From positions 450,001 to 482,000 of the forward strand of contig JAWLBH010000001.1 of NCBI GenBank assembly GCA_041395025.1: a DNA stretch of 32,000 nucleotides, in the 5' to 3' direction. The stretch is from Chlamydiales bacterium (lineage in GTDB: Bacteria; Chlamydiota; Chlamydiia; Chlamydiales; JAAKFR01). The notes under the pieces were generated by a model. That model had not been told where the DNA came from. It ran no database searches and saw nothing but the letters and a program-made list of their open reading frames with translations. The position numbers were made by a program, and so were the translations under genes. Each line of letters begins with the position of its first letter. The stretch's first letter is position 1. Below, in pieces: positions 9,809 to 18,774 of the stretch.

Positions 9809-10486
9809 CTAGCTATTTAATGAATTTTCCCAATGTTTAACAAATTCTAAAAGACGTGGTTTAGAAGGCTTTGTGGAAAAAAAGGCTCGAGTTTTCTCAT
9901 TCGCGTTAATATGAGCAATTTTTGCAAGTAAATTCAGATGGTGGCGATCTTCACTGGCAAAGAGAAAAAAAAGCGTATGAATAGGTTGGGTATCAAGAGC
10001 ACCATATTCAATTAAATGTTTTGGATAAACAACTATGATGACATCGTAATGAGTATCCAAAAGAAAATCTCGGGTATGAGGAATGGCAATCCCATGACCA
10101 AGAGCTGTTGACATCATGTTCTCTCGATCCATAAAAAGATCTGTTAATACATCGGGATCAAGATCAAATCGTTCCCCCATATATTTCATCGTATTTTTCA
10201 CTACCTCTAATTTACTTTTTCCCAAGACATCATTTAATACCTCGCCTCTATAAAGAGCACGATAAAGGCTAAATTGCATATTTCCTTTTTGAAGATGTTC
10301 TTCTTGTGTCTCTTCGAAATGCTCTTCTAATTTATGTTGAATTAACCAATCTTCAATTTCAGAGCGACTAAAACGGTATTGCCGATTAATACAATAAGCA
10401 GGAATTTTGCCATCCACTAACCACCGTCTTACTGTTGTTTCAGAAATATTCAATAAATCAGCTACATCTCGAATTTTTAAATCCAT
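9809..10486 (-). CDS. ptsN: HTH (excisionase/MerR-type) DNA-binding domain fused to PTS EIIA type-2 (EIIA-Ntr-like) domain
   Basis: 225 aa. The N-terminus LKIRDVADLLNISETTVRRWLVDGKIPAYCINRQYRFSRSEIEDWL is the excisionase-family HTH pattern. The C-terminal domain carries GHGIAIPHTRD (phosphorylatable His137). Confidence 0.85.
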   Translation of the reverse strand: MDLKIRDVADLLNISETTVRRWLVDGKIPAYCINRQYRFSRSEIEDWLIQHKLEEHFEETQEEHLQKGNMQFSLYRALYRGEVLNDVLGKSKLEVVKNTMKYMGERFDLDPDVLTDLFMDRENMMSTALGHGIAIPHTRDFLLDTHYDVIIVVYPKHLIEYGALDTQPIHTLFFLFASEDRHHLNLLAKIAHINANEKTRAFFSTKPSKPRLLEFVKHWENSLNS

Positions 10487-10488
10487 GA

Positions 10489-10965
10489 CTATATTCCCCT
10501 AAAAAGAGCTATAATGTCTTCTGGATTTGTAAATTGTAAAAGTTTTTTTCGACGTTCTTCATCTTTAATTGCTAAAGTTAACCGAGATAATAACTGCAAA
10601 TACTCTGTCTGTCTATCATCAGGACCTCCGATCATAAAAATGAGACGCACTGGCACTCCATCAAGGGCGTCCCAGGAAAGCCCTTTTAAATGAATCCCAA
10701 TCGCAATAAAAAAAGTTTGATATTCTGATAATTTAGCATGAGGTACGGCGACTCCCATACCAATAGCTGTTGAAACGATCGCCTCTCGTTCTAGAATCGC
10801 ATGATGAAATGCTTCCTTATCTTTTAACTTTCCCTCTTCATGAAGAGAATTCACAAGAGAAGCAAGAGCAGCATCGCGATGATTAACATCGAGAAACTTG
10901 ACTAAAGCAGCACTTAAATAATTAGAAATTAACAAATTTTGACTATTTTGTTTCGAAACAAGCAT
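10489..10965 (-). CDS. ptsN: PTS EIIA type-2 (nitrogen-regulatory EIIA-Ntr-like), stand-alone
   Basis: 158 aa. IGMGVAVPHAKL (His76) and LIFMIGGP are typical of PtsN/EIIA-Fru family. Its stop codon lies 2 nt from the start of the downstream HTH-EIIA gene. Confidence 0.85.
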   Translation of the reverse strand: MLVSKQNSQNLLISNYLSAALVKFLDVNHRDAALASLVNSLHEEGKLKDKEAFHHAILEREAIVSTAIGMGVAVPHAKLSEYQTFFIAIGIHLKGLSWDALDGVPVRLIFMIGGPDDRQTEYLQLLSRLTLAIKDEERRKKLLQFTNPEDIIALFRGI

Positions 10966-10969
10966 GCAT

Positions 10970-11413
10970 TTAACCTATTCCCGTGTGTCCAAACCCCCCG
11001 GACCCACGTCCACTTTTACTAAGAGTCTTTGTTCTCACAAAGCGTGCTTTAAACACAGGAGTCACCACCAGCTGAGCAATTCTCATATCGGGCTTTACCT
11101 CAAATTCACTCTCTCCATGATTGATTAAAATCACCTTAAGTTCACCTCGATAATCTGAATCAATGGTAGCTGGGGTATTAAGAATGGTAATTTTATCGTG
11201 ACACGCCAACCCACTTCTAGGTCTAATTTGGATTTCATAACCTTGAGGAATTTCAAAAAATAATCCTGTGGGAATAAGAGCCGTATGACCTGGGGAAATT
11301 ATGAGGGAATCACTCAGATGAGCTCTAATATCAGCACCAGAGGCACCTTCTGAGGCATAATGAGGGAGATCTTCCCTATCCGTTAGGACTAGAATCTCAA
11401 TATTTTCTTGCAT
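10970..11413 (-). CDS. dut: dUTP diphosphatase (dUTPase)
   Basis: The five dUTPase motifs are present: GASGADIRA, PRSGL, DSDYRGEL, and C-terminal GRGSGGFGHTG. The first ATG is at 11413 (MQENIEILV). The ORF track's start at 11422 is a TTG three codons upstream. Confidence 0.93.
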   Translation of the reverse strand: MQENIEILVLTDREDLPHYASEGASGADIRAHLSDSLIISPGHTALIPTGLFFEIPQGYEIQIRPRSGLACHDKITILNTPATIDSDYRGELKVILINHGESEFEVKPDMRIAQLVVTPVFKARFVRTKTLSKSGRGSGGFGHTGIG

Positions 11414-11433
11414 AATCGACAAATCATCGCTTT

Positions 11434-12333
11434 TTAACTATCATCTGTCAATAAAAACAATTGATTCATTTGCATTGTGACAAATTCACGCTCATTCCCA
11501 GTTAGAAAATCCAAAAATTGAGATAATTTCTTCTTCATCTCATGTCTTTTAATAATACAATCAATCATCCCATGTTTCAGAAGAAATTCCGATTTCTGTG
11601 CTCCTGGTGGAAGTTTTTCTCGAACGACTTGCTCAACAACTCTTGGACCCGCAAAACAAATCAATGCATCGGGTTCAGCAATAATAATATCTCCTAGAGA
11701 AGCAAAAGACGCTGTGACACCTCCTGATGTCGGGTTAGTCAGAACAGAGATAAATGGAATACCAGCCTCATGCAATTTAGCCAATGCAGCTGATGTTTTA
11801 GCCATCTGCATCAGTGAAAAAATTGATTCCTGCATCCGAGCCCCACCAGAAGCAGATACAATAATAAGAGGAATTTTTTGCTCTAAGGCAAGCTCGATAA
11901 TTCTAGTTAAACGCTCTCCAACAACTGATCCCATTGATCCTGCCATAAATCCAAAATTCAGCACTCCAATAGCAACCTTATGGCGACTCAAAGTACAAGT
12001 CCCTACTACCACTCCTTCAGAACTTCCCGATTGTGCAATAGCTTTTTCAAGCCGTTTAGGGTAAGAGATCGTATCTTTAAAATTTAAAATATCTATAGAC
12101 CTAATATCATCAAATAACTCTTCGAATGTGCCAGGATCAGCTAACATCTCAATTCTCTCAGCCACAGGCAAACGGTAGTGATAATTACACTTTTGACAAC
12201 AGTTGAGATTTTGAGTCAACTCGTTGGCATGAATCATTTCATGACAATGATTGCACTTCAGCCAACCGCTAAATCCATCAGCTTTGGATGATTCGACTTT
12301 AATTTTAGGTTTATCACGCGAAAATAAAGGCAT
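11434..12333 (-). CDS. accD: Acetyl-CoA carboxylase carboxyltransferase beta subunit
   Basis: 299 aa. N-terminal zinc ribbon CNHC-x15-CCQKC followed by the carboxyltransferase domain (GFMAGSMGSVVGE, SGGARMQE). Confidence 0.93.
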   Translation of the reverse strand: MPLFSRDKPKIKVESSKADGFSGWLKCNHCHEMIHANELTQNLNCCQKCNYHYRLPVAERIEMLADPGTFEELFDDIRSIDILNFKDTISYPKRLEKAIAQSGSSEGVVVGTCTLSRHKVAIGVLNFGFMAGSMGSVVGERLTRIIELALEQKIPLIIVSASGGARMQESIFSLMQMAKTSAALAKLHEAGIPFISVLTNPTSGGVTASFASLGDIIIAEPDALICFAGPRVVEQVVREKLPPGAQKSEFLLKHGMIDCIIKRHEMKKKLSQFLDFLTGNEREFVTMQMNQLFLLTDDS

Positions 12334-12396
12334 AGAAGTTTAATTCTAAACCAATAACCTAAAAAAGTCTATTAAAAAAACTAAAATTAAAAAAAA

Positions 12397-13032
12397 CTAT
12401 TTACCGTATGCTGGGCAAGATTTGAAGCATTCTGCATAGCGTTGGCTGACATTTTTCCAGTTCACTACCCCCCAAATCGCTTTAAGATAATCAGGCCGGA
12501 GATTTTTATACTGAAGATAGTAAGCATGCTCCCATACGTCTATCCCAAGTAGAGGAATCTTATTTTTCGTACTGAGTAGAGGATCTTGGTTAGAACAAGT
12601 TTCAATCACAAGTTGATGATTTGTTTTACAAAATCCAAGCCAACACCAACCCGAGCCCTGAATAGGAATAGCTGCAGCATTAAAACTATCTAAAAATTTT
12701 TCGAAAGATCCCCATTTTTCGTCAATCTTTTCAGCAAGCTTACCCACTGGTGGCTCTCCTCCTCCCTGATTCTGTGGGGCAAGGTTTGTCCAAAAAATAC
12801 TATGATTAATATGACCTCCTCCATTAAAGCGAATTGCAGGCTGGAGGGAGATCATAGTCGGAAGGTCGCCATTTTTTTCTGACTCATCATATTTTTCAAG
12901 AGATTCATTAAGTTTTGTCACATAAGTATTATGATGCTTCTTATGGTGCAATTCCATAATTTCTCGACTAATCACAGGCTCAAGAGCTTGGTAAGCATAA
13001 GGAAGATCAGGCAGAACAAATTTTTTGACCAT
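12397..13032 (-). CDS. sodA: Manganese-type superoxide dismutase (mitochondrial-like)
   Basis: 211 aa. Motifs [34 protein letters not shown] (Mn-type Gln) and [19 protein letters not shown]. Confidence 0.95.
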   Translation of the reverse strand: MVKKFVLPDLPYAYQALEPVISREIMELHHKKHHNTYVTKLNESLEKYDESEKNGDLPTMISLQPAIRFNGGGHINHSIFWTNLAPQNQGGGEPPVGKLAEKIDEKWGSFEKFLDSFNAAAIPIQGSGWCWLGFCKTNHQLVIETCSNQDPLLSTKNKIPLLGIDVWEHAYYLQYKNLRPDYLKAIWGVVNWKNVSQRYAECFKSCPAYGK

Positions 13033-13058
13033 CTTTTTTCTCTTATCTAAGATTTAAT

Positions 13059-13685
13059 TTATTGAATCAGGTTAGTTGAATGAAACAATTTGTTCAATGC
13101 GTTTTCAGTGATAGGGCCAATGGCTCTACATTTTTTTCTATCGGGTAAATCATCACAAATTTTTCCAAAAGCTTCTACAGTCGATGGACTCGTAAAAATT
13201 AGTTCATGAAACATTTCAAGATTAGGCAATCGAACATTTTTTGAATAGGTGTCGTAAAGAACAAATGGGATTCCTCGATGTTGAGTTAAATATTCAGGAA
13301 GCAGAGGACGAGAACGAGCTGAATGAGGATATAAAACATGAGCATACGCGATTTTTTCTAAGAGTGTCACTACGCTTTCGCTACACGCTGTTTCGGGAAT
13401 ATAGGCTGGCGATAGACCGAACTTCATAAGTTGTGCCACTGTTCCTAATCCAATACAGATAAAATTTTTCTCTTTCGATCCATTGTAATGAAAATAATAA
13501 GTAATCGCTGTTCGACTTGTGAATAAAACATGAGAGTAAGAGGTCAATAAAAATGGCTTCACTCGCTCATAAGAAAGAGGAATTGTTTCGATTAAAGGAA
13601 AATGGAAGACTTCGTCTTTTGAAAAAAAATGGCTAGGATCTAGTCCAAAATACAGAACATTTTTTCTCTTTTTATTACAAAACAT
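13059..13685 (-). CDS. hemD: Uroporphyrinogen-III synthase (HemD-like)
   Basis: 208 aa, starting 6 nt downstream of hemC. Two pseudo-repeated halves carry the HemD hallmark FTSRTAITYYF and FTSPSTVEAF (FTSxNAV-type). Sequence is weakly conserved, as is usual for HemD. Confidence 0.6.
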   Translation of the reverse strand: MFCNKKRKNVLYFGLDPSHFFSKDEVFHFPLIETIPLSYERVKPFLLTSYSHVLFTSRTAITYYFHYNGSKEKNFICIGLGTVAQLMKFGLSPAYIPETACSESVVTLLEKIAYAHVLYPHSARSRPLLPEYLTQHRGIPFVLYDTYSKNVRLPNLEMFHELIFTSPSTVEAFGKICDDLPDRKKCRAIGPITENALNKLFHSTNLIQ

Positions 13686-13691
13686 ATACTT

Positions 13692-14345
13692 TTAATAAAA
13701 ATAATTGCGTATTTCAACATCTCCCTGACGCCCTAAAATCGCAAGTTGACCTTGCAAAGGAGCAGAAGGGCCTGGTAATTTAACCCGATTGAGTTGTGTT
13801 AGACCCAAACGGATTAAAGCTGCTTCAGCAATAACGACTCCATCCACTTCTCTCCTATGCAATTTTTCAATTCGCTCTTCAATCGTTCCTCTAATATCAA
13901 CAAATGTCACATCATTTATAATTTTACGCACCATCTCTTCTCTTCTTATAGAAGAGGTAGCGACAATAGATTTTTTTGATAAAGTTTCTTGATTACGCAG
14001 CACCAGACTATCAGCAGGATCGATGCCTTTAGTCAATTTAATAAGCTCTAAACCCTTTGGCAAAGGGTCAGGTAAGTCCTTAGCTGAGTGAATGCCAATC
14101 CGACACTCTCCACTTAACACCATCTCATCAATTTCTCGGGTAAAAAAATCAGTTTTCCCGATCGTACGCAGTGAAATAGTTCTATTACGATCCCCTATTG
14201 TCTCAATATAAATGGGTTCAAGAAGGAGGTGGGGATAGGTAGCTTGAATCTCTTCAACTTGCTTTTTTGATAAATTAGAATTTCTTGCACCCACTTTAAT
14301 AACAATCTGCTTAGATCGTATTTCATCTTTCAGTTTGATTTTCAA
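13692..14345 (-). CDS. hemC: Porphobilinogen deaminase (hydroxymethylbilane synthase), short form lacking domain 3
   Basis: 217 aa. It aligns to E. coli HemC residues about 5-213. VGARNSNLS matches IATRQSPLA, GIHSAKDLP matches AVHSMKDVP, ATSSIRRE matches GTSSLRRQ, IRGTIEERI matches LRGNVGTRL, and LQGQLAILGRQGD matches VGQGAVGIECRLDD. The start is TTG at 14345, preceded by aagaggagat. Confidence 0.8.
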   Translation of the reverse strand: MKIKLKDEIRSKQIVIKVGARNSNLSKKQVEEIQATYPHLLLEPIYIETIGDRNRTISLRTIGKTDFFTREIDEMVLSGECRIGIHSAKDLPDPLPKGLELIKLTKGIDPADSLVLRNQETLSKKSIVATSSIRREEMVRKIINDVTFVDIRGTIEERIEKLHRREVDGVVIAEAALIRLGLTQLNRVKLPGPSAPLQGQLAILGRQGDVEIRNYFY

Positions 14346-14726
14346 ATCTCCTCTTTTTCTTATTTCTGAATTACATCAATGTTAATGCAGATTTTTAAAT
14401 GTATCAGGATCTATTCATCAATATAGGCCACTTCGAAGATGATTCCCAAGTTAATTATGAATGAATGATTTTTAACTTTTTTAGAAGATGTCATCTACTC
14501 ACAACAAAGTAGAAAGGATATAGTCTAGACATGCTAAAACAAAGATATTCTTCAACTAATTTTTTCATGATTCTAGATTTTGTCTACCAAAAATATATGT
14601 CGTGATTTCGAGTTCTGCTAAAACAACTGAAAAAAATGACAGACCAACAAGAAATCTTTTTAAGTTTTCGGCAAAGAGAGAATAACCAGTTATTTGAATG
14701 AGATGATAAATCTCTTTTTAGAATCA

Positions 14727-15182
14727 TCAAAATCCCCATTCAGAATAAAATTGACCTAAAGCAATGAATTTTAAAGCAGCAATGTTATAATCAATGGTAT
14801 TCTTAGGAAAAGAAGGAATGGAGAAAAAACCAATTTCTTTGCATTTTATAGGCTCTTGATTCGAGATCTCTCCTTTCCAGTCGATAGCGTCGAAGAAGAT
14901 ATCGATATTGATCCGGTTTGTTTTACGATGCATAACATGAACTACTCGTAACGCATTTAAAGAAATCTCAATCCCTAATTCTTCCTGTGCCTCTCTGATG
15001 ATACCCTGGGTAGCAGATTCCCCAAACTCTACATGACCTGATAACAACCCCCAATGACCATCTAAAAAGCCCGTATTTTGCCTTAACATAAGCAATATTT
15101 TATCTTGATCATGCAAAATTAAGAATGCATTTACACTTGCGGTAATTCTGTGCTTTCCAAAAAGAGTGTGATATTTTTTCAT
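14727..15182 (-). CDS. NUDIX hydrolase
   Basis: 151 aa. Complete Nudix box GHVEFGESATQGIIREAQEELGI (Gx5Ex7REUxEExGU). Confidence 0.85.
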   Translation of the reverse strand: MKKYHTLFGKHRITASVNAFLILHDQDKILLMLRQNTGFLDGHWGLLSGHVEFGESATQGIIREAQEELGIEISLNALRVVHVMHRKTNRINIDIFFDAIDWKGEISNQEPIKCKEIGFFSIPSFPKNTIDYNIAALKFIALGQFYSEWGF

Positions 15183-15306
15183 AGCCTTCTTTTCTCCATC
15201 TCATAAAAGCCATTCTATTCTTCTAATTTAATCATAGAATGAATGTTCATCCACTTTTGATTTTTGTAATCTTATTTTTTCATAAATATGAGTCGCTCTA
15301 GAATAA

Positions 15307-16017
15307 TTAAAGATGCTGACGATGTTTTTCGATCTCGAGAAGAGCATTTTTTGCAGCTTCTACTTGGGCAGCTTTTTTTGAAAACCCTGTCCCCTCTGCT
15401 TGTTTTTTCATACCCACCCAAAGCCCTACTCTAAATAGCTTGTGATGAGAGAGACCTTGTTCTTCTATGATCTCATAGCGAGGAGTAGTCTGAAATTGCT
15501 TTTGAGCCCAGTCCTGAAACTCAGCTTTCCAATTTCTCTGAGGTGATTCAATCAAATGATCGATTTCTTCCTTAAAATGGTGAAGAAAGAAGCTACTCGT
15601 CCCTTCAAGTCCCCGATCAAGATACACCGCTCCCATGATTGCTTCAAATAAGTCAGCTAAAATTGACTCTCGCCCCTTTCCTTGATTGGTTTCTTCTCCT
15701 TTACCAAGAAGCAAATATTCGCTAACATCAAGATGTTGAAGATATTGAACACAGGTCGCAGCATCGACAAGTTGAGAACGTAATTTTGAAAGCCTCCCTT
15801 CATCAAGGGTAGGATGGGTTTTATATAGATAGTGAGTGATGATAAGGTTTAGAATGGAATCTCCTAGAAACTCGAGTCTCTCATTATGATCAGAAATAGT
15901 TTCTTGATTTTCATTCCAAAATGAACGGTGAACAAAAGCTAAAAAGAGCAACTCAGAATCTTCAAAGACCACTTTTAATCTCTTTTCTATAATCTCAATT
16001 GGAAAGTTTTTTTGCAT
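15307..16017 (-). CDS. rnc: Ribonuclease III
   Basis: 236 aa. Signature ERLEFLGDSILNL and EAIMGAVYLD. C-terminal dsRNA-binding domain (GTGFSKKAAQVEAAKNAL). Confidence 0.95.
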   Translation of the reverse strand: MQKNFPIEIIEKRLKVVFEDSELLFLAFVHRSFWNENQETISDHNERLEFLGDSILNLIITHYLYKTHPTLDEGRLSKLRSQLVDAATCVQYLQHLDVSEYLLLGKGEETNQGKGRESILADLFEAIMGAVYLDRGLEGTSSFFLHHFKEEIDHLIESPQRNWKAEFQDWAQKQFQTTPRYEIIEEQGLSHHKLFRVGLWVGMKKQAEGTGFSKKAAQVEAAKNALLEIEKHRQHL

Positions 16018-16385
16018 TTACCTCAAAAAATCTTAATATTAAATGGTTGACCAGGATAAAAAGAAGAGCTTTTTAAAGCTACTACTATGCATTACTCTCT
16101 GAGTTTCATAGATTAGAGTTTAAAAATGCATATATCGACCTCTAGAAGAAAGTTTTCTTACCCAATTATTGAAGAAATCCGAAAATACGGCACATATCCT
16201 AGTTAGGAGATAAAAATAGGATTGAATTCATAGGGATAATATAAGATCAGATGAAAGAGTAGTGAATACTGGCCTAATGTTATAACCTATTGAAATCGAT
16301 TATAATAGAGATAAAACTACTAGAAACTTCAATCTTTCTACTATACCTATAGACGAAAGTGGTCTTTTATCATAAACTTTTGGTT

Positions 16386-16829
16386 ATGAGACGCCCTATT
16401 TTAGCATCTGAGTACAAAAAATTTTTTCAAAATAAAGGTTATATTTCCTTTGAAAATCTCATCCCTTCTGATGAAATCCAGAGTCTTTGGGACAAAATTC
16501 TTAAACGACATGAGGAACTACCAGAAGCCTCTCATGAAAATATTTCTCGTACGATCCCTGAAGTCCTTAAGATTGCTTATAAACTTGGTAAGATCGTAGC
16601 TGAACTATTAGATCGTAAACCTATCCGTTTTTTATATGACATGTTTATTGAAGATTTGAATCTCATACGTCCCATTCAAGACAGAGAAATTGCTCTTTTG
16701 TTATCTCGCTCAGGGAAGGGGATTTTTTCTACTCATTCTTCTCATTTTCATGAAGGAAGAGAAGAAAACTACCTTCTCATTCTCTTTACCGCAAACTATG
16801 TGAATACTCCTATCATTTATAATAATTAG
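16386..16829 (+). CDS. Hypothetical small protein, possibly a 2OG/Fe(II)-oxygenase-like (PhyH-like) fold; positional counterpart of C. trachomatis CT296
   Basis: The ORF runs to 16829. The first ATG is at 16386 (MRRPILASEYKKFFQNKGYISFENLI). The track's start at 16359 is a GTG. The N-terminal F-x-x-x-G-Y-hydrophobic pattern resembles the start of PhyH-type proteins. It sits between rnc and the phosphohexomutase gene. Confidence 0.5.
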   Translation: MRRPILASEYKKFFQNKGYISFENLIPSDEIQSLWDKILKRHEELPEASHENISRTIPEVLKIAYKLGKIVAELLDRKPIRFLYDMFIEDLNLIRPIQDREIALLLSRSGKGIFSTHSSHFHEGREENYLLILFTANYVNTPIIYNN

Positions 16830-16914
16830 TTCAATAGCCAATGATCATCTAATACAATTTATGGATGACCTAAATTTCATTTTTGTTTAACGATAGGTAT
16901 CAAGTAAGGCTTAA

Positions 16915-18684
16915 ATGAAAATCATAATTGATAGCAACACACAAAAAAATATTGATCATTGGCTAGACGGCCATTATGACTTTGAAACAAAAGAAGAGAT
17001 TCGACGTTTACAACGTGAAAACCCTGAAGAACTTATAGATGCGTTTTATACTACACTGACATTTGGCACAGGTGGTTTGAGAGGGATTATGGGTCCAGGA
17101 ACGAATCGGATGAATATTTATACTATCCGCACAACAACTCAGGGACTCTCCAATTACATCAATGCTCAAATCTCAAATCAAGAAACCCCTACAGTCATTA
17201 TTGGTTATGACTCACGCCATCATGCTTCGAAATTTGCTCAAGAAGCGGCAAATGTTTTGGCAGCAAATGGGATTGAAGTCTTTATTTATGAAGCCTTACG
17301 TCCAGTTGCTTTAGTCTCCTTTGGGGTTCTCTATAAAAAAATGACAGCTGGAATCATGATTACAGCATCTCACAATCCTCCCAATTATAATGGTTATAAA
17401 GTTTATTGGGGGGATGGAGGTCAAGTTCTTCCTCCTCATGATAGAAACATTATTGAGGCAATCCAACAGATTTCTTCCGATGAAATGGTGAAAACTGTTC
17501 GATATCCTCATCCCTTAATCCATAAAGTAAATGGAGAGATTGATAGAGCCTACCTTGAAACTATCCATAAACAACAGCTTTATTCTAAAGATAATAAAAA
17601 TCATGGTCAAACATTACATGTCGTTTATACAAGTTTACATGGAGCAGGCATTACCATCCTTCCTTTAGCTCTATGTGATTGGGGCTTTACTCATCTTACA
17701 ATCGTAGAAGAACAGGCAACTCCTAATGGAGATTTTTCAACAGTCACCTCTCCTAATCCTGAAGATCCTGCCGCTCTTGCTATGGGAGTCGAGAAACTGA
17801 AAAAAGTGAAGGGGGATCTTTTAATTGGCACTGATCCGGATACCGATCGAATTGGTGTAGCGATGATCCATGAAAATGCTCCTTTTTTCTTTGACGGTCA
17901 TCAATTAGCTTGTCTCCTACTCAACCATATCTGCTATGGATTGCAGAAAATGAATAAGATGCCTTCACAACCCATGTTCATTAAAACCATTGTTACAACT
18001 GAACTCTTTCGCAAAATTGCAGAATATTATGGAGGTGAATGTCTTGATGTCTTGACGGGTTTCAAATACATTGGTCAGAAAATTGCTCAATGGGAAGAAG
18101 AAAAATCCCCCTATCACTATATTTTCGGCGGAGAAGAGTCGTATGGTTATCTTTTTGGTTCGCATGTGCGAGATAAAGATGCGATTATTTCTGCCGCATG
18201 CATATGCGAAGCTGCTTTACAACTCAAAAAAAAAGGAGAAACACTGGTAGATTCTCTCTACCAGATCTATCAAACTCATGGGATTTTTCGTGAAAAGCTT
18301 TTATCTCTTTCTTTTGAAGGAAAACCAGGGGCCAAGCGTATAAAAGCAATAATGCAAAATTTACGCAACTCTCCTCTAAAACTTGCTAATATCCCCGTCA
18401 TAGCCATAGAAGATTATCTATCTCAAACTAAGACTAATCTTGACACTGGTCAAAAAGAAGCTTTGACATTGCCGAAATCTAATATACTCCGCTTTTGGCT
18501 GATAGATGGATCGAAGATTGTCGTACGTCCTTCAGGTACTGAATCTAAAATTAAAATCTATGCTGCGGTAGAAGATAAAAATCCTAAAGGAGATGGTGAG
18601 ATTGAAAAAGCGATTAACAGATGCGATGCGCATCTCAATAAGATGCTTCTACTCATAGAAAACCAATTATCTTCCCTATCATAA
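16915..18684 (+). CDS. Alpha-D-phosphohexomutase (phosphoglucomutase/phosphomannomutase, PgcA/PGM2-type)
   Basis: 589 aa. Catalytic Ser loop TASHNPPNYNGYKVY, metal loop GTDPDTDRIG, sugar loop GGEESYG, phosphate loop RPSGTE. Confidence 0.9.
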   Translation: MKIIIDSNTQKNIDHWLDGHYDFETKEEIRRLQRENPEELIDAFYTTLTFGTGGLRGIMGPGTNRMNIYTIRTTTQGLSNYINAQISNQETPTVIIGYDSRHHASKFAQEAANVLAANGIEVFIYEALRPVALVSFGVLYKKMTAGIMITASHNPPNYNGYKVYWGDGGQVLPPHDRNIIEAIQQISSDEMVKTVRYPHPLIHKVNGEIDRAYLETIHKQQLYSKDNKNHGQTLHVVYTSLHGAGITILPLALCDWGFTHLTIVEEQATPNGDFSTVTSPNPEDPAALAMGVEKLKKVKGDLLIGTDPDTDRIGVAMIHENAPFFFDGHQLACLLLNHICYGLQKMNKMPSQPMFIKTIVTTELFRKIAEYYGGECLDVLTGFKYIGQKIAQWEEEKSPYHYIFGGEESYGYLFGSHVRDKDAIISAACICEAALQLKKKGETLVDSLYQIYQTHGIFREKLLSLSFEGKPGAKRIKAIMQNLRNSPLKLANIPVIAIEDYLSQTKTNLDTGQKEALTLPKSNILRFWLIDGSKIVVRPSGTESKIKIYAAVEDKNPKGDGEIEKAINRCDAHLNKMLLLIENQLSSLS

Positions 18685-18774
18685 CAAATATCTTCCTAAG
18701 ATTGAAGATCTCTTGTGATTTTTTGAGTAAGAAAATCCTATGCACTCACATCAAAATTTCTAAAGATGATAAGA

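Noticed and set aside
18690-18724. Candidate intrinsic terminators. One is atcttc-N8-gaagat (18690-18709) with a T6 run 9 nt later. The others are gagat-gataa-atctc plus T5 at 14700-14719, and ggaatc-N17-gattcc at 20227-20255.
   Set aside because: The stems are 5-6 bp, AT-rich and poorly positioned relative to the T-runs, or on the wrong strand for the adjacent genes. They are not strong enough to annotate as terminators.
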